Assembly (NCBI GenBank): GCA_964455555.1
Contig: CAYVXV010000001.1
Location: forward strand, 31,499 to 95,498
DNA from: an uncultured Pseudomonadales bacterium
GTDB lineage: Bacteria > Patescibacteriota > Microgenomatia > UBA1400 > PJMF01
Direction of reading: 5' to 3'
DNA: 64,000 bases
A program made the position numbers and the translations under genes. Below the pieces are notes generated by a model. It was not told the origin of the DNA. It did no database searches and was given only the letters and a program-made list of their open reading frames with translations. Shown in pieces: positions 29,118 through 39,465 of this stretch; position 1 is the first letter of the stretch, and each line of letters begins with the position of its first letter.

Positions 29118-31141
29118 TCTCCTACCCCATCCGCAGGAGCGTCTGCTACTTCACCATTTATCCAGTCAAGAATTTTTTTAACAACCGGCGCCGCGTCCCG
29201 AGATCCTTCTTTATATGGGTTGGCCTCGTCGCTCTCAACCAAGGCAACAAGCACTAGTTCTCTTAAAAAACCATGCTCAGCCACTTGGGCCAACCATTCA
29301 CCTCTCAGCTCTCGAAGGTCTCTAGACAAGGATGAATCTCCCGGAGCCGCCTTAGGCTGTTCGAGTGTGACTTGATCCATAAGCTCGCCTACAGCTTCAT
29401 CTTCAGCTGGGGAGGTGTCTGTATTGCCGGGTTGTCTGCCCAAATTTAGCGAAGCAGCTTCTGCCTTAAGCTTCTCTGTTTGAATGCCGGTAATAGCTAC
29501 AAACCAACCGTGAGTGTTGCGGTAGCCTCGGCTGTCAGCACCACCAAACTCAGAAGTTCCGGTTTTACAAGCTACTGCCCCATTTTGAATTTCTTCCTGG
29601 GCACTTTTATCCGGCCGCCGCTTTTGCTCGTTGTACATAAAGAAAGGAAAACCTGTTCCTCCGGATGTACAAGCATCCAACATGCCTTTGAGGACTAACT
29701 CGACATGCTCACTGTTAAGGCCAATTTCAGAGCAGTGCCGCTGATCATTTTCTGACAAGAGCGGGTCATAATCCACTAATGTGGGGGGACAGAGTGTGCC
29801 TTTTTTCGCCATTGCTTGAATCACTTGAGCCATCTGAACCGGGCTTACCAACAAATTTCCCTGGCCAATTCCCAAGTGATAAGTATTGCCCAGGAACCAT
29901 TTTTCCCCGAGCTCCAGTTCCTTCCAAGCAGGATCAGGCACCAAGCCGCTGATCTCTGAACCCAGTTCGATACCGGTCTGTTTTCCTAAGCCAAAGAGAC
30001 GCGACATTTGAGCAACGCTGGTTGGCCCCGTCCACTCTGCTGCCTTATAAAAAAAAATATCATTACTTCTGGCAATGGCCCGCTGCAGCGAAATCGCACC
30101 CTCAACTCCCCCATATTGCGTGTAATACCAGTTGGCATAGGAGTACTCTCCAACTTTCAGCACTCCCTCATCCACTACTGTTTTGCCGGCATCAATTGCG
30201 CCTGAATCCAATCCTGCCAGAGCTGTGATAAGTTTAAAAACAGAACCAGGTGGATAAGCACCGCTAACTGCCCTGTTAAAAAATAGTTTTTGGGGATGAG
30301 TGAAAAAATCCATCACTTCCTGGCGCCGCTGTCGCTCAGCCTCCTCATCCAGATAAGAAGTACTCAAAATGCTAGCATCAAAAGTTGGAGAACTGACTAG
30401 ACTAAGAACCTCACCAGTGTCAGCATCCATAACCACTACCGCGCCGCGCTGACCATCCATCGCCCGCAATGCAACTTCAGAAATATAGGGATCAATCGTA
30501 GTTTTAATATCGATGCCGGTCTGGCCAGCGCGCTCCGCGACTTGCCGTTGCCGCTGGCCTAAAGCATTGACCTCATAAATTTTTGCCTCAGCCGCACCCC
30601 TAAGGATTTCATCGTAGCGCTTTTCCAAACCAAGTTTGCCGGTTAAATCACCAATCCTTAGGCGGTTGTCCTTCTCCAATTCTTCCAAGCTAGCCTCACC
30701 AATATAGCCGGTGATATGTGCCAGTGATTTTGGGTATCGGTACAAGCGGTCAAGGTCATATTGGATAACCCCGCTTGAAGTAGCCATGCGGTATAGCGCA
30801 GCCTCCTGCGAAATAGGCTCTTTTGAGCTATAGAGTGCCTCTGGATTTAAAAGCTCAAAATATTTTGGTTGGTTATAGACCAAAGGATCTCCATAACGGT
30901 CAAGCAGCACACCCCTTTCTACCGGCTTTCTTTCAGTAAACAAACGATTGGCTTCAGCCAATTGCCGGTAAAAATTCCCTCTCAATACCTGCAAATCTGC
31001 CAGTCTCCACACCAGCAAAGAAAAAAAGAGCAGACCTGACCCTAGAAATAAAGTCAGTTTAAAAATTGTTTGGTTACGATCGGTACTCATGCCTGCCCAA
31101 CTGCAATAAGGTATGTCTTTTGAAAAGCAGCGGCACACCAA
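29114..31141 (-). CDS. mrdA: Peptidoglycan D,D-transpeptidase, class B PBP (PBP2/MrdA-like) with C-terminal extension
   Basis: 675 aa. N-terminal TM, SxxK (PGSVFKLITA), SxN (ARSNDIFF), KTG (CKTGTSEF), and an acidic ~100-aa C-terminal tail. Follows mreBCD. True start may be the Met at 31087 (MSTDRNQTIF). Confidence 0.8.
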   Translation of the reverse strand: MVCRCFSKDIPYCSWAGMSTDRNQTIFKLTLFLGSGLLFFSLLVWRLADLQVLRGNFYRQLAEANRLFTERKPVERGVLLDRYGDPLVYNQPKYFELLNPEALYSSKEPISQEAALYRMATSSGVIQYDLDRLYRYPKSLAHITGYIGEASLEELEKDNRLRIGDLTGKLGLEKRYDEILRGAAEAKIYEVNALGQRQRQVAERAGQTGIDIKTTIDPYISEVALRAMDGQRGAVVVMDADTGEVLSLVSSPTFDASILSTSYLDEEAERQRRQEVMDFFTHPQKLFFNRAVSGAYPPGSVFKLITALAGLDSGAIDAGKTVVDEGVLKVGEYSYANWYYTQYGGVEGAISLQRAIARSNDIFFYKAAEWTGPTSVAQMSRLFGLGKQTGIELGSEISGLVPDPAWKELELGEKWFLGNTYHLGIGQGNLLVSPVQMAQVIQAMAKKGTLCPPTLVDYDPLLSENDQRHCSEIGLNSEHVELVLKGMLDACTSGGTGFPFFMYNEQKRRPDKSAQEEIQNGAVACKTGTSEFGGADSRGYRNTHGWFVAITGIQTEKLKAEAASLNLGRQPGNTDTSPAEDEAVGELMDQVTLEQPKAAPGDSSLSRDLRELRGEWLAQVAEHGFLRELVLVALVESDEANPYKEGSRDAAPVVKKILDWINGEVADAPADGVGD

Positions 31142-31577
31142 AAACTCTCCAAAAGATTAGCACGCTCATGGCAGTCCCAATTATTAGGTAATATTTATCG
31201 ATATCTCCAAAAGCTACAGGGGAAAAAAGCACAGTCGCTGCAGCCAGCAGCATTACTCCTGCTAATATCACAGCCAAACTCTTTTCTGCCGTCCGCAAAT
31301 TTTTTCTTAGGTATACCGTTACAGCCAAGAGGCTGATAAAAGTTAGTACGATATATAAATTAAATAAAGTTCCCAATAGTAAGCTGAAAAACAGTAAAAT
31401 CGGCACAAACTCAATTATGGCTGTTTCCTTTTTTCTGGAGACTATCATTAAGAACAGAAAAGAAAAAGATAGTACTGGCCAGCCCACCACTGATTCCAGA
31501 GAAAGCAGCAACACCAAAAATAAAGCCTGGACTGTAAAAGCTAAAAATAATCTAAGCATAGTTCCACTCCCTACCAC
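31074..31577 (-). CDS. mreD: Rod shape-determining protein MreD (polytopic membrane protein)
   Basis: 167 aa, all hydrophobic helices, positioned between mreC and the PBP2 gene. Call is by context and topology. Confidence 0.5.
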   Translation of the reverse strand: MVGSGTMLRLFLAFTVQALFLVLLLSLESVVGWPVLSFSFLFLMIVSRKKETAIIEFVPILLFFSLLLGTLFNLYIVLTFISLLAVTVYLRKNLRTAEKSLAVILAGVMLLAAATVLFSPVAFGDIDKYYLIIGTAMSVLIFWRVFGVPLLFKRHTLLQLGRHEYRS

Positions 31578-32353
31578 ACCTCTACAATTGGTGCCTCGTA
31601 AAAAGATACGAGCTGTTCGACGACTGCAGTTTGAGTTGGCGCGGAAGCCCTGGTGTCAATCCTGCTGATTGTGCCGATAAAAACCTGGCGTCTTATTCCC
31701 TGCTGTCCCAAAGTGACTACCTTTTCTCCGACAGTTAAAGCAGCTTCCCTAGGTACTTCTGTTAACAATGTCCGCTTGCCATCTCCGCGGATTAATCCCT
31801 GCACCCCAGAATCAGTTGTTGCCAAAACCGGCACACTGTCTCTGCTTACCAATAAAGAAACCCGTGATTGGTGAGGTGATACCTCCCTCACAACACCCAA
31901 GAGAGTGTCTTGGTAGGTCACCATTGAACCTTCTATAATCCCCTCTTCTTCTCCTGCAGATACTGCCGGATAGGAAAGCGAAACAACCGGGGCGGCGACA
32001 CGCCTCTCACCCAAGGTGCGGTTGGTATTTTCCAACAGCGCCCGGAGCGCCTCATTTTCTTTTCTCAGATATTGGAGCTCAGATAATTCAGATAAGGCCA
32101 AAGTGTACCTTTTTTCCAGTTCAACCTGATGTTCTGCGCGCTCAAAACTCCTGGAAAATGCCCTGGCCGGCCTCTGGACAAGCCTGACAGCCTCCACCTC
32201 AAATGCCAGAAGCGGCTGCAGTTGTTTTTCAACTGCAGCCCGGAGAGGATTAAACCAGCCGACATATTCCATTAATCCCAGGAAAACTATCAAGGCAAAA
32301 AGAATGACCCCATCCCGGCGGGCAGAACTTTGATTGAAACCTGTAACTTGCAC
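31571..32353 (-). CDS. mreC: Rod shape-determining protein MreC
   Basis: 260 aa. N-terminal TM, coiled coil (LSELSELQYLRKENEALRALLEN), then a beta-rich domain. Order is mreB-mreC-mreD-pbp2. Confidence 0.7.
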   Translation of the reverse strand: MQVTGFNQSSARRDGVILFALIVFLGLMEYVGWFNPLRAAVEKQLQPLLAFEVEAVRLVQRPARAFSRSFERAEHQVELEKRYTLALSELSELQYLRKENEALRALLENTNRTLGERRVAAPVVSLSYPAVSAGEEEGIIEGSMVTYQDTLLGVVREVSPHQSRVSLLVSRDSVPVLATTDSGVQGLIRGDGKRTLLTEVPREAALTVGEKVVTLGQQGIRRQVFIGTISRIDTRASAPTQTAVVEQLVSFYEAPIVEVW

Positions 32354-32364
32354 TAGCCTCTCCT

Positions 32365-33438
32365 TTAAGCCGCGCTGGCTTTGGCATACTTTTGCATACC
32401 CTGAATGACATCTAAATCAGGTTGAGGTGAATAATGGACTGCGCTTTTTAATTTTGTGGCCAAATATTCACCAAGGCCATCTAGCTTACTTGTACCGCCG
32501 GTAAGATACAACCCCTGCTCAAGGGTACTAGTCACTAATTCCGAAGGCAAACCGGCAAAAAACGCCTCAAGCTGGTCAGTTAGCTCCTGAGCCAAGCTCT
32601 CGAAACCGACAACCAACACTTGATCAGTCACGATTTCAGTTTGTGATACCTGAGTTAACAAGTTTTTTCCCCTGACTGAGGTTTTACGCGCCTTGTTCTT
32701 ATGATCATTGTTCTGCAACGTACCCAGGTCTATTTTCACTTGCTCGGCAGCATGCCAACCAATACTGCATGAATAAGCCTCTCTGAGAGCTTCCTGCACC
32801 AATGAGGTAAACTCGACTCCACCCCATTTAAAAGATGAGCCTGAAACCAACTCTCCAGCAGAAAATATCCCTATCTCGGCTGTCTGGCCGCCTAAATTTA
32901 AAATTCCATAACTTTGGGTGGGAGAACTTTCTGACACAAGATTATGATAAGCACACTCGATCCCGGTTGCTAATTTTAAGCCGCTAAGCCCAACAGCCTG
33001 CAGCACTTCCCTCAGTGTCTGTTGCTCTACCGGTGAGGCTCCAGCAGGAATTGAAATATACCCCTTTAGACCAACTAGGTTTTTGACCGGTGAAACCGAA
33101 GGTGACGCCCGTTTGAGCAGTGTTTTTAAAAAGATTTCAAATGCTGTCGGCTCCGCTACTACACCATGCTCAATGGGAAAGCTGACGCCGATGTTATCCG
33201 CCGTCTTGCCCAACAAACCGGCAGCCTTTTTGCCTACTGCTACAACTGAATCTGTAGCCTGGTGAATGGCGATGCAGGTCGGCTCTACGAAAATCTGCCT
33301 GCTGCCGACGAACACCCTAGTGTTGCTTGAGCCTGCATCAATAAATAAAAGATCTTCAACCTGATATTTGTCAAAAAAATTTCCAGACAACCACTGGGGC
33401 ATTCTAATCATGCGCTCAGTATAGCGCATCACTCTCAA
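32365..33438 (-). CDS. mreB: MreB-like actin homolog (divergent)
   Basis: 357 aa. LLFIDAGSSNTRVFVGS...VEPTCIAI...VVAVGKKAAGLLGKTADNIGVSFPIEHGVVAEP parallels MreB GIDLGTANTLIYV...NEPSVVA...AVGHDAKQMLGRTP...PMKDGVIAD. Phosphate-1 motif altered (DAGSSNT). Start likely at a downstream Met. Confidence 0.6.
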   Translation of the reverse strand: MRVMRYTERMIRMPQWLSGNFFDKYQVEDLLFIDAGSSNTRVFVGSRQIFVEPTCIAIHQATDSVVAVGKKAAGLLGKTADNIGVSFPIEHGVVAEPTAFEIFLKTLLKRASPSVSPVKNLVGLKGYISIPAGASPVEQQTLREVLQAVGLSGLKLATGIECAYHNLVSESSPTQSYGILNLGGQTAEIGIFSAGELVSGSSFKWGGVEFTSLVQEALREAYSCSIGWHAAEQVKIDLGTLQNNDHKNKARKTSVRGKNLLTQVSQTEIVTDQVLVVGFESLAQELTDQLEAFFAGLPSELVTSTLEQGLYLTGGTSKLDGLGEYLATKLKSAVHYSPQPDLDVIQGMQKYAKASAA

Positions 33439-33510
33439 GAGCTGTAGAGGTAGGGAAATTTATCAACAAAAAACCACAACAGCCAAAAACAAAGCCTGAA
33501 GCAGTTGGCC

Positions 33511-34083
33511 TTATTCTATTTCATTGAGCAGGCTGGCTGAGGAATGCCAGCGCTCCTGCATTAAGAGTTCTTCTGCCCGCTGAAGTTTCTGAAGTTGTTC
33601 ATCCTTGCCGCTGAAAAATTCCTTCATGCCGGCAATTCTTTCCCTAAAGAGATCTGCTTTTAGCTCTAACGCTTTCTCCAGCATAATCTCTTCAAGTTCT
33701 GGGATCAATTTTTCTAGATAGACTACTAATTCCTCCTGTTGTTCCAGGCTGCTGCCCTGCTGCTTATCGAGCAGTTTCTGAAATTCTCCATATTCATCCT
33801 GAGTTAGCAGTAACTTGACATCATATTCAAGAAAATCTTCCCAAATTACCTGCTGAAGCTCATCGAGAAATTCTTCACGTTGAGGGTCGGTGCCATCAGT
33901 GACGCCAAGTAGGTAAAAAACATTTTGATCCTCAAGTTTTTCGGATTGCTGAGTGGGTTGAGCTGCCCCGGGTGTTTCCAGTATGGCAGCATTTTGGTCA
34001 TGAGAAGGTTGGGGTTGGGCAGTTTGGGTATTCATGATTATTTCCTCATTTATAAGTATATACATTTTAAATTTATATAGCAA
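33511..34083 (-). CDS. Hypothetical acidic protein
   Basis: 190 aa (likely starts at the internal MNTQTAQ), E/Q/L-rich. No motif recognised. Confidence 0.35.
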   Translation of the reverse strand: MLYKFKMYILINEEIIMNTQTAQPQPSHDQNAAILETPGAAQPTQQSEKLEDQNVFYLLGVTDGTDPQREEFLDELQQVIWEDFLEYDVKLLLTQDEYGEFQKLLDKQQGSSLEQQEELVVYLEKLIPELEEIMLEKALELKADLFRERIAGMKEFFSGKDEQLQKLQRAEELLMQERWHSSASLLNEIE

Positions 34084-34160
34084 AAGTGGTTTGCCTAACT
34101 TCTTTAGTTTTCATAAAATTCAACTCGAATAGGCATTCCTATTCGAGTATACTCAACCAT

Positions 34161-36326
34161 ATGGAAGCTAGATTTGGACCACGGCAGATTATCCTGGTGC
34201 TATACCATTTTTTAGTGCTGTCTGCTCCGCTTTTCTTCTATTTTCAAACTGAAGAACTCTTTGAGTTTAATAAAATAATCCTAGTTTATGCTCTGACCAT
34301 TTTGATTAGCGGCGCTTGGCTCTGGCGGATGATTGTGCAGAAACGCCTGATTTTTCAAAGAACTTTCTTGGACATCCCGCTTGCCCTGTTTTTCATTTCA
34401 CAATTGGCAGCCACATTACTCTCAATGCATCCAAGAACCTCTTTCTTGGGCTATTACACCCGGTTCCACGGTGGGCTGCTCTCGATGATTGCATACTATG
34501 TCCTCTACTATGCATTTGTCAGTAACTTTAGAAAAAAAGATATCCGCCCGTTGTTTTTGTCAGTGTTCGGTTCAGCCCTTTTAGTTTCGATCTATGGAAT
34601 TCTTGAGCATTTCGGCCGTTCTTTCAGCTGTTATCTGATAACCGGCGGCCAATCTTTTGGTGTCGATTGCTGGGTGCAAAAGGTTCAGGAAAGAGTTTTT
34701 GCAACCTTTGGCCAGCCCAACTGGCTGGCAGCTTATGCCATCATGCTTATACCCCCAGGCATGGCACTGAGCGCTGACAATAAATCTTCGCTGCTCAAAA
34801 GAAGTTTTTTTGCCCTAACCACTGTTCTGTTGTTTGCCACACTGCTTTTTACCAGGTCGAGGTCGGGCATGCTGGGAATTGCCGGAGGTTTATTGATCTT
34901 TTATGCCGGCTTATTTTTAATTCCCTGGATTAACAAACATAAACAAACTTTCGGAAACAAACTGCTGAAAACCGGCCTGCTTAAGTGGTCAATCGGTTTC
35001 ACGGCCGTATTTTTGCTGCTGGCTTTGGTTTTTGGCACACCCTATTCTCCTAAATTGACAGAGATTGGCAGCAGCAATGGCCAAGAGGAACCAGCCAACC
35101 AAGCCGAGCAGCCTGCGGTAAACCGCCTGGACATTGGCGGTACTGACTCTGGTGAAATCAGAAAAATTGTCTGGGAGGGCGCCCTGGGTGTCTGGAAACG
35201 GTATCCTTTGACCGGCTCCGGGGTTGAGACTTTTGCCTACAGCTACTACTTAGACCGTCCGGCCGAACACAACCTGGTTTCTGAATGGGATTTTCTATAC
35301 AACAAAGCACATAATGAGTTTCTCAATTACCTGGCTACAACCGGTGCGTTCGGCCTCTTTGCCTACACTTTTCTCCTTATCTCATTTGGGGCTGGCTTAC
35401 TAACCGCCCTCAAAAAATTGAGGGGGGATGAGCGGTCGCAATATTTGTTAATCAGCCTTCTGGCAAGTGTTGCAGCCTTGTCGATCTCAAATTTCTTTGG
35501 TTTTTCAACTGTGGTGGTCACTGCTCTAATGTTCCTCTTTTTGGCCATGACAGCCAAAGAAAAACTCCCTGACGACGCCCTTTCGGAAAAAGCCATTCCT
35601 AAAAAACAAGAGCTGCAAAGTTGGCAGTATGGGGCACTGACTGTCATTACATTAGTAGTACTGATGCTGCTTTCCCAAACTTACCGGTATTGGTCTGCTG
35701 ACATAGCATACAGCTACGGCAAAGGTCTGATGGCGGCCGGCAGGCCTCAGGAAGGCATTCTCTATTTCTCTCAAGCGATAGATCTATCGCCCAATGAAGC
35801 ACTTTTTTATGATGAGTTAGCCAGCAACTATGCCTCATTGTCGGTTGCTTTGGCTCAACAGGAAAACACTACTGCTGCGGCTGAACTCGCGGCATCTGCC
35901 ATAGAACTGAGCAACAAAACCCTAGAGCTTAACTCCTCCCACCTAAATTTCTATAAAACCAGGGCAAGAATGTTCATCACCCTCTCGCAGTTAAACGACG
36001 CCTTCTTAAAGGAAGCACGGGACACTCTGCTGGTGGCCTTGAGCAAAGCCCCCACTGACGCAAAACTTTGGTACAACATTGGTGTTGTAGAACTAAGTCA
36101 GGGCTATACCGACAAGGGCATCGAGCACCTTGAAAAAGCTGTTGATCTTAAGCCTGATTATGAATCCGCCCGCATGCAACTGGCAGCTCAATATCAGCTT
36201 AAAGAGAATTTTGAAAAAGCAGAAGAGCAATACCGATATATCCTTGAGGAAATTAATCCTCAGAGTACTGAGGCTATTGAAAATCTTGAAGCAATAAGGG
36301 CTTTGAATGCCGATACAACTCGTTAA
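34161..36326 (+). CDS. O-antigen ligase (Wzy_C/WaaL-like) polytopic membrane protein fused to C-terminal TPR repeats
   Basis: ORF 34086..36326; probable start MEARFGPRQ at 34161. Over 10 TM helices, a periplasmic loop pattern (FGQPNWLAAYAIM...TRSRSGMLG) like O-antigen polymerase/ligase, then TPR-like repeats (AIDLSPNEALFYDELASNY...KLWYNIGVVELSQGYTDKGIEHLEKAVDLKPDY). Confidence 0.6.
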   Translation: MEARFGPRQIILVLYHFLVLSAPLFFYFQTEELFEFNKIILVYALTILISGAWLWRMIVQKRLIFQRTFLDIPLALFFISQLAATLLSMHPRTSFLGYYTRFHGGLLSMIAYYVLYYAFVSNFRKKDIRPLFLSVFGSALLVSIYGILEHFGRSFSCYLITGGQSFGVDCWVQKVQERVFATFGQPNWLAAYAIMLIPPGMALSADNKSSLLKRSFFALTTVLLFATLLFTRSRSGMLGIAGGLLIFYAGLFLIPWINKHKQTFGNKLLKTGLLKWSIGFTAVFLLLALVFGTPYSPKLTEIGSSNGQEEPANQAEQPAVNRLDIGGTDSGEIRKIVWEGALGVWKRYPLTGSGVETFAYSYYLDRPAEHNLVSEWDFLYNKAHNEFLNYLATTGAFGLFAYTFLLISFGAGLLTALKKLRGDERSQYLLISLLASVAALSISNFFGFSTVVVTALMFLFLAMTAKEKLPDDALSEKAIPKKQELQSWQYGALTVITLVVLMLLSQTYRYWSADIAYSYGKGLMAAGRPQEGILYFSQAIDLSPNEALFYDELASNYASLSVALAQQENTTAAAELAASAIELSNKTLELNSSHLNFYKTRARMFITLSQLNDAFLKEARDTLLVALSKAPTDAKLWYNIGVVELSQGYTDKGIEHLEKAVDLKPDYESARMQLAAQYQLKENFEKAEEQYRYILEEINPQSTEAIENLEAIRALNADTTR

Positions 36327-36840
36327 ACCCCATCCGCGCTATGAAACAAGCTTTCTGGAAGCTTTGGAGGAAACGGAGAGACTTGAACCAGAGCGGATTT
36401 ACATGTTTGTAAAACAGCATGAGGAAACCGCTAAAGTTAGGGCTGATTTTCCCGCTTACGTTAAAAAAATCCTATGTTTTTCCAGGGGTCAAAACCTTCC
36501 GCCCGGCTATGTTCCCAGTTCAATTTTTTGGCTAGTAGACGGTCAAGAATTTATTGGCCAAACGTCAATCCGCCATACCCTGAATGATTTTTTGTTTAGT
36601 TTTGGCGGACATATCGGTTACTTTATCAGGCCCACCAGAAGGTTTCAGGGCTACGGCTCAATAATCTTGTCACTCGCACTTGAAGAGGCGAAAAAACTAG
36701 GCATCAACCCTGTGCTGGTTACCTGTGATGCCGACAATGCAGGCTCCAAGAAAATTATTGAAAAAAACGGAAGCATATTTGAAAATGCCCTCCGTCAGGA
36801 AAACCTTCCCGAGAAGCTTAGATACTGGTTTCACATTTAG
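36307..36840 (+). CDS. GNAT-family N-acetyltransferase (putative)
   Basis: 177 aa. FRGYGSIILSLALEEAKKLGINPVLVTCDADNAGSKKIIEKNG resembles the GNAT acetyl-CoA binding motif A (R/Q-x-x-G-x-G/A). Confidence 0.5.
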   Translation: MPIQLVKPHPRYETSFLEALEETERLEPERIYMFVKQHEETAKVRADFPAYVKKILCFSRGQNLPPGYVPSSIFWLVDGQEFIGQTSIRHTLNDFLFSFGGHIGYFIRPTRRFQGYGSIILSLALEEAKKLGINPVLVTCDADNAGSKKIIEKNGSIFENALRQENLPEKLRYWFHI

Positions 36841-36890
36841 TTTCATTTGCAGGCAGGCAGCTGTCCAGAAAGCGGTATAATACACAGGTT

Positions 36891-37436
36891 ATGGAAATAA
36901 TTGAAATTCCGCATCCCAGCTTAAGAAAGACTTCAAAAGAAGTTTTAAGTGCGGATACAAAACTAGCTAATTTTGTCCGAGAATTGAGTGAAACCTTGGA
37001 AAATAAACGAAATCCCAAAGGTGTTGGTCTGGCTGCACCCCAGGTAAATAAACTTTGGCGGGTTTTTGCCGCACAGGTGGAAGGCCTGGAAATTTTTATC
37101 AATCCAGTAATTACTAATCACTCATCCGGTTACACTTTGGGCCCAGACGAGGAAGACCCAATCCTGGAGGGCTGCTTGTCGATGCCAAAAATTTACGGTG
37201 CTGTCCCCCGCTGGGAATGGGTGCTGGTGGAATATGACGCACTAGTAAACGGCGAGCTGGAAAAGCGCGAGGAGCGGTTTGATGATTTCTATGCCAGGGT
37301 CATTCAGCATGAGATTGACCATCTGGACGGCATCTTATTTACAGATCACTCTCTCAAGTATGACTTGCCGGTTTACCAAGAATACGAAAAAGAAAAATAC
37401 CGCGAGGTCAATAAAGAGTTTTTGGAGATAATTTAA
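36891..37436 (+). CDS. def: Peptide deformylase
   Basis: 181 aa. Motif 1 GVGLAAPQV, motif 2 EGCLSMP, motif 3 HEIDHLDG. Confidence 0.9.
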   Translation: MEIIEIPHPSLRKTSKEVLSADTKLANFVRELSETLENKRNPKGVGLAAPQVNKLWRVFAAQVEGLEIFINPVITNHSSGYTLGPDEEDPILEGCLSMPKIYGAVPRWEWVLVEYDALVNGELEKREERFDDFYARVIQHEIDHLDGILFTDHSLKYDLPVYQEYEKEKYREVNKEFLEII

Positions 37437-38399
37437 ATGCCATACTCTGTTGTTGCGGCCGGCACCACTCACAACTCGGTCTCAGCGTTCACTGCCCTTC
37501 TGGATGACAGGAGATTTAATCTTGAAGCAGTGATCACACCATCTCCAAAACCAGTCGGGCGCAAACAAATACTCACAAAAAATCCGGCTCACACCTTTGC
37601 TGAAAAGTTGGGGATTCCAGCCGCTCTGGTCAGCAAAAAAATCAGCCTCAGCCTTAAGTCCAGCCTTGATCAACTGCTCAATCAGCCTCCTGACTTTCTC
37701 TTGGTCGTAGATTTTGGCTATATCATTCCGGATTGGCTTCTGGCTCTGCCCAAAGTTGCCCCCATCAACATACATCCTTCAGACCTTCCGAGGTGGCGCG
37801 GCAGCTCCCCAGGACAATTTACCTTGCTTTATGGAGAAACTGAATCAGCAGTCACAATTATCGAAATGAACGAAAAATTGGATCATGGGCCAATTATTGC
37901 CCAAAAAACGTTCGCCGTTGTACCAAATTGGAGCAGCAGCGATTATTACACACATAGTTTTGAGCTGGTGAAGCAGCTTCTGCCCGATAGCTTAGTAGAA
38001 TTGGCAGAAGGAAAAATTAAACCCCAAGCTCAACCAGATGACTCTCCCACTCCCATAGCCGCCAAACTCAAAAAACAAGATGCTTTTATTGAATGGGAGG
38101 CTGTTGAAGCCGCGATGACCGGAGAAACTGTTGGTTCAGCAATCTTTTCATCATCTGTAATCCGGGCAGTATCAGAACAGAAGCAAAACCTGCCAGAGGT
38201 AATAGAAAGTGCTTCCAGAGCTTTTAGCCCGTGGCCACAACTTTGGACACTAGTGCCGACTGCCAGCGGCAAGAAAAGAATGAAAATTATCGAGGCGGCG
38301 GCGGAAGATGGTGTCTTTCAGTTGAAAACTGTTCAAATTGAAGGACAAAACCCGGCGCAGTGGAATCAGGTAAAGAACGGCATTCAGGTAAGAGATTAG
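37437..38399 (+). CDS. fmt: Methionyl-tRNA formyltransferase
   Basis: 320 aa. Formyltransferase N-domain with INIHPSDLPRWRGSSP (SLLP...RG motif). Immediately after def, start overlapping def stop. Confidence 0.85.
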   Translation: MPYSVVAAGTTHNSVSAFTALLDDRRFNLEAVITPSPKPVGRKQILTKNPAHTFAEKLGIPAALVSKKISLSLKSSLDQLLNQPPDFLLVVDFGYIIPDWLLALPKVAPINIHPSDLPRWRGSSPGQFTLLYGETESAVTIIEMNEKLDHGPIIAQKTFAVVPNWSSSDYYTHSFELVKQLLPDSLVELAEGKIKPQAQPDDSPTPIAAKLKKQDAFIEWEAVEAAMTGETVGSAIFSSSVIRAVSEQKQNLPEVIESASRAFSPWPQLWTLVPTASGKKRMKIIEAAAEDGVFQLKTVQIEGQNPAQWNQVKNGIQVRD

Positions 38400-38444
38400 G
38401 CAAGTAAGAGATTAGTCGAGCAAAGGCTTGGAGCAACCTCCAAA

Positions 38445-38666
38445 TTACTCAGATTTTTGAGTGTTTTGATAGTGAGTGGTCACACCGGCTTTTTTGAGCT
38501 GGCGGAGGACTTTTGTAGGCACTCGCATGCGCTGTTTTACCCCATCAATGACCACCGTCACAGTGTGAAGGTTGTATTTAAAGCTGCGCTTAGTCCGGTT
38601 CTTGGCGTGAGACACCTTGTTGCCGATGTGCGCAGTTCGCGGGTATTTAAATGAATAACTTGCCAT
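38445..38666 (-). CDS. rpmB: 50S ribosomal protein bL28
   Basis: 73 aa. FKYPRTAHIGNKVSHAKNRTKRSFKYNLHTV matches the bL28 core. Confidence 0.85.
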   Translation of the reverse strand: MASYSFKYPRTAHIGNKVSHAKNRTKRSFKYNLHTVTVVIDGVKQRMRVPTKVLRQLKKAGVTTHYQNTQKSE

Positions 38667-38773
38667 AACGAATTGTGATTATAACACCAGCCTCCAGAGA
38701 GAGCAAATGTTAATTGAAAAACCTCAGAAAAAGCAGGTAGGCTGCCTCGCTCTTATTTGCCCAATCAGCTATA

Positions 38774-39424
38774 ATGGCTTCTATGCTACTTAGTTTGCTT
38801 TTTTTAAATCCAACTATTTTTATAATTCTGTCAGGATCACTGTTAATTTCAATTACTATTCATGAGTTCGCCCATGCATGGCTTGCTGACAGACTCGGTG
38901 ACCCCACAGCCAGGTATCAAGGCAGGGTTACTCTTGACCCAAGGTCGCATTTAGACCCTCTGGGGACAATAGCAATTTTGGTTATTGGCTTTGGTTGGGG
39001 CAAACCAGTTCCTTTTGATCCCTACAATTTAAAAAACCCAGTGCGTGATGCTGCTTTGATTGCACTGGCTGGGCCTGCTTCAAATATAATCCTGGCTTTT
39101 GTGATATCCATCTTATTCGGCGCTGCCAATAGCCTTCTCACTCTCCCCGATCTTTCACTTATAGTTGTTCAGACAGTAGTTTTCATAAATGTGATGCTGG
39201 CAATCTTCAACCTCATGCCTGTTTACCCCTTGGATGGCAGTAAAATTGCTTTGGCTCTGCTCCCCCGCCAGCTAGCAGCTGAGTTTGAGTTCTTTATGCA
39301 GCGCTATGGAACACTGGTGCTCATAGCCCTAATTGTGCCTTGGACAGGCGGCCAGTCGCCGGTCTCATTGCTTGTTTTGCCGATCATTCAATTTGTGACA
39401 GGGCTTTTTTCGTTGCTCTGGTAA
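38774..39424 (+). CDS. Site-2 protease family (peptidase M50) membrane metalloprotease, minimal form
   Basis: 216 aa. HEFAHAWLADRLGD (HExxH) in the first TM region, second zinc ligand region NLMPVYPLDGSKI (LDG motif). Multi-TM. Confidence 0.7.
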   Translation: MASMLLSLLFLNPTIFIILSGSLLISITIHEFAHAWLADRLGDPTARYQGRVTLDPRSHLDPLGTIAILVIGFGWGKPVPFDPYNLKNPVRDAALIALAGPASNIILAFVISILFGAANSLLTLPDLSLIVVQTVVFINVMLAIFNLMPVYPLDGSKIALALLPRQLAAEFEFFMQRYGTLVLIALIVPWTGGQSPVSLLVLPIIQFVTGLFSLLW

Positions 39425-39465
39425 ACTGTTGAGTCCTATTTAAAAATATTGTCTAAAGTCAGAAT

